Of a stretch of 64,000 bases of DNA, positions 61,735 through 64,000 are shown piece by piece. This DNA comes from Alphaproteobacteria bacterium. Its GTDB lineage: Bacteria; Pseudomonadota; Alphaproteobacteria; Rickettsiales; UBA3002. The position numbers and the translations under genes are program-made. Where the stretch lies: the NCBI GenBank assembly GCA_035911175.1, contig JAMHWA010000034.1, forward strand, positions 5,206 to 69,205, read 5' to 3'. The notes below the pieces were generated by a model. The model saw nothing but the letters and a program-made list of their open reading frames with translations, did not search any database and was not told the origin of the DNA. Positions within the stretch are counted from its first letter, which is position 1, and every line of letters starts with the position of its first letter.

Positions 61735-62664
61735 ATGACCATACTCGTAATCGCTGAACATGACGGAAACTCTATCACCCCAGCAACGCGCGCTACCATT
61801 GGTGCAGCACAAAAGATAGGTGGTGAAATTCACCTGCTGCTGGCGGGACACAATATTGCTGGCGTAACGGCAGCAGCAAAAACCATTGCTGGCATTACAC
61901 AAGTGTTGGTCGAAGACGACGCGCTCTATGCGCATCCGCTTGCTGAAAATCTTGCGCCGTTCATTGCCCAGTTCGGCAGTGGCTACACGCATATTCTTGC
62001 GGCGGCAACGAGTGTTGGTAAGGACGTCATGCCCCGCGTGGCGGCGCTGCTCGATGTGCAGCAAATTTCCGAGATTACGCAGGTGGTGTTGAGCGATACA
62101 TTCGTGCGCCCCATCTATGCAGGCAATGCGCTCGAGACTGTGCAATCGACCGATAGTATTAAGGTGATTACGGTGCGCGCCACCGCGTTCGATAAGGTGG
62201 CCGAAACGGGTAGCAATGCGGAAGCGGTCGATGTTCCCGCTGTGGCGGTGCCCACCCAATCGCGCTTTGTGAGCATGGAAGGTGCAAAGAGCGAGCGGCC
62301 CGAACTGACCGCCGCGCGGGTGGTGATTTCGGGAGGGCGTGGGCTAGGAAGCAAAGAAAATTTTGCTATCCTGAACGGCCTAGCCGATAAGCTAAACGCG
62401 GCGCTGGGTGCAAGCCGTGCGGCGGTGGATGCAGGCTATGTGCCGAACGATTGGCAGGTGGGGCAAACGGGTAAAGTGGTCGCGCCCGAGCTTTATATTG
62501 CAGTGGGCATCAGCGGCGCCATCCAACATCTCGCGGGTATGAAGGAAAGCAAAGTCATCGTCGCCATCAACAAGGATGAAACCGCCCCGATTTTCGAAGT
62601 GGCCGATTATGGTTTGGTGGGGGATTTGTTTACTATCGTCCCTGAGCTGGAGCGTTTGCTGTAG
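61735..62664 (+). CDS. etfA: electron transfer flavoprotein alpha subunit
   Basis: 309 aa. The C-terminal FAD site is [45 protein letters not shown]. Confidence 0.95.
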   Translation: MTILVIAEHDGNSITPATRATIGAAQKIGGEIHLLLAGHNIAGVTAAAKTIAGITQVLVEDDALYAHPLAENLAPFIAQFGSGYTHILAAATSVGKDVMPRVAALLDVQQISEITQVVLSDTFVRPIYAGNALETVQSTDSIKVITVRATAFDKVAETGSNAEAVDVPAVAVPTQSRFVSMEGAKSERPELTAARVVISGGRGLGSKENFAILNGLADKLNAALGASRAAVDAGYVPNDWQVGQTGKVVAPELYIAVGISGAIQHLAGMKESKVIVAINKDETAPIFEVADYGLVGDLFTIVPELERLL

Positions 62665-62941
62665 AACGATAATCTTTCCTTCTAAACTCAGCACTATTAA
62701 CGATTGTCTTGGCCTGCGATTCGCTAAGGCAAATCATTCTATAGCCATTGGCATCTTGTTGCGTTGCCTTGATTTCGTTTTGAAGCGATGGCGCGATTTC
62801 TTTCAGGCGAAGTACGCTATGCCCAAGATGTAGTTGATCTACAGGGCTGGAATAAAAAAGGCTTTTACTCTCGTTGTATTGCCACGTGATGCCCGTCGCA
62901 CCCTTCAGCTCTCTGCTGATGTAATCTGTCATCTGTGACAT
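62633..62941 (-). CDS. hypothetical small protein (AT-rich orphan, 102 aa)
   Basis: GGGGG lies 6 nt upstream of the ATG. Overlaps the 3' end of etfA convergently. C-terminus is ...NAPAQGR. Confidence 0.55.
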   Translation of the reverse strand: MSQMTDYISRELKGATGITWQYNESKSLFYSSPVDQLHLGHSVLRLKEIAPSLQNEIKATQQDANGYRMICLSESQAKTIVNSAEFRRKDYRSTANAPAQGR

Positions 62942-63020
62942 GTCGCCCCCATTATTTGCACTTCCAGTATGTCATACTGTGCTTAAAAGAAGGTTAATCT
63001 CTTAAGTAATGGTGGGATTG

Positions 63021-63302
63021 TCAAGATTGCCATTTCCGGCGGTGTGGCTTCACTTTTGCCCCTGTTTTTTGCACAGCTTTCAAAATCGCGGGCATTTGGT
63101 CGATGCCGACGGTGGCGATGTAGCGGCCACTACGCGCCGCACTCACTTCACCGCTGGCGATGATGTTATGGTCGGCCAGCATGAGCTGGATACCCTCGAG
63201 ATGCGTATGGTTAATGCGCGCCTCGAAACGGCCATCGCGTTTGCGCCACTCCACATCGGTCAGGGAGCGTAATAGGGCCTCGGCGGGGTCTTCGTAGGGC
63301 AT
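63021..63302 (-). CDS. hypothetical small protein (93 aa)
   Basis: GAGG lies 5 to 6 nt upstream of the ATG. Basic tail KVKPHRRKWQS. Possible weak paralogue of ORF 62633-62941. Confidence 0.55.
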   Translation of the reverse strand: MPYEDPAEALLRSLTDVEWRKRDGRFEARINHTHLEGIQLMLADHNIIASGEVSAARSGRYIATVGIDQMPAILKAVQKTGAKVKPHRRKWQS

Positions 63303-63416
63303 GGGGCCTCGTTAAACGGGTGAAGTATGGCTCATAGCATGGCTATGCGGCCTTGCCTAGCTACTCTTTGCCGATAAATCGTTGCCAATAAGGCCGCTTT
63401 GCGGCAGCATACGGCG

Positions 63417-64000
63417 ATGATCGACCAGTTTACCCTTGCCCTCTCGCAATTCAACCCCACGGTGGGCGACCTTGCGGGCAATGCCGCGCGGATGGAGGCC
63501 ATTGCACGCCAAGCCGCTGCGCAAGGTGCCGATTTGGTGCTTTTCCCCGAAATGTGCCTGACGGGCTATCCGCCCGAGGATTTGGTGCTCATTCCCGCCT
63601 TTCGTGAACGCGCCATGGCCGCCGCACAGGAGTTGGCCGTGGCCACCGCGCCCCTTGGCTGCGACCTGATGTTCGGCAGCGTGTGGGTGCGCGATGGGCT
63701 CATCTATAATGCTAGCTTGCTCGCCTCGCGCGGGGAAATCACGGTCATCCGCGAGAAGCATGATTTGCCCAATTACGGCGTGTTCGACGAAAAGCGTGTC
63801 TTTGCCGAAGGGGCGTCGCCGCGTGTGCTTTCGTGGCGCGGCGTCAAGCTTGGCGTGCTGATTTGCGAAGAAGTATGGGATGTGGAATCGGCCAAATTGC
63901 TTGCGACACAAGGGGCAGAAATACTGCTGGTGCAAAATGCCAGCCCCTACCATATCGGCAAAGCGAACCAGCGCAAAAAAGTGGTCGATGCGGCGGTAGC
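63417..64000 (+). CDS. nadE: glutamine-dependent NAD+ synthetase, N-terminal CN-hydrolase domain (3' end outside the window)
   Basis: My own translation: MIDQFTLALSQFNPTVGDLAGNAARM...ADLVLFPEMCLTGYPPEDLVL...VLICEEVWD. The frame runs off the window end. The antisense track ORF 63357-63953 was rejected. Confidence 0.8.
   Translation, partial: MIDQFTLALSQFNPTVGDLAGNAARMEAIARQAAAQGADLVLFPEMCLTGYPPEDLVLIPAFRERAMAAAQELAVATAPLGCDLMFGSVWVRDGLIYNASLLASRGEITVIREKHDLPNYGVFDEKRVFAEGASPRVLSWRGVKLGVLICEEVWDVESAKLLATQGAEILLVQNASPYHIGKANQRKKVVDAAV

Noticed and set aside
62965-62979. The 7+7 inverted repeat CAGTATG-T-CATACTG, and the shared 10-mer TGTCATACTG that also occurs at about 59523, as a regulatory motif.
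   Set aside because: By my estimate, several 7-bp-arm inverted repeats and thousands of repeated 10-mers are expected by chance in 64 kb. I mention it only as context, not as a feature.

Overview
This 64-kb chromosomal window looks alphaproteobacterial. Supporting markers are a Usg protein, a HIG1-type twin-TM peptide and an NDUFS6-like zinc-finger peptide next to etfBA, two bactofilins, a perfect CtrA-type TTAA-N7-TTAAC box, glyQ/glyS and PPDK. I call about 70 protein genes, tRNA-Leu(GAG), tRNA-Tyr(GUA), and a 23S-5S rRNA unit with its own promoter, processing stems and terminator. That unit has no 16S gene and no spacer tRNAs. Most genes are housekeeping: aceA 3' end, an acyl-CoA carboxylase alpha subunit, folE, maf, guaB, rlmE, lipB, clpSA, nth, thrB, rnhA, ppdK, glyQS, panD, etfBA and nadE. 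Five things stand out. (1) A ~4.4-kb patch splits an arginine succinyltransferase (AST) cluster. It carries a zinc-ribbon methyltransferase, a Rieske + metallo-beta-lactamase-fold protein that looks co-linear with animal CMP-Neu5Ac hydroxylase (CMAH), an AT-rich Cys-rich membrane orphan, tRNA-Tyr, and an orphan S24 autopeptidase without an HTH. (2) A scattered set of orphan genes, most with Shine-Dalgarno sequences, almost all end in a Gly/Pro/Ser-rich tail terminating in Arg, which may be a C-terminal export or recognition signal. (3) Four helically phased Pho-box-like repeats sit in front of one of these orphans. (4) glyQ-orf-panD-glyS are chained by overlapping stop/start codons. (5) An M20 peptidase is translationally coupled to astC in the place where astE would be expected. 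I saw no CRISPR array, transposase, integrase or reverse transcriptase. All homology statements come from motif recognition by eye and need database confirmation.
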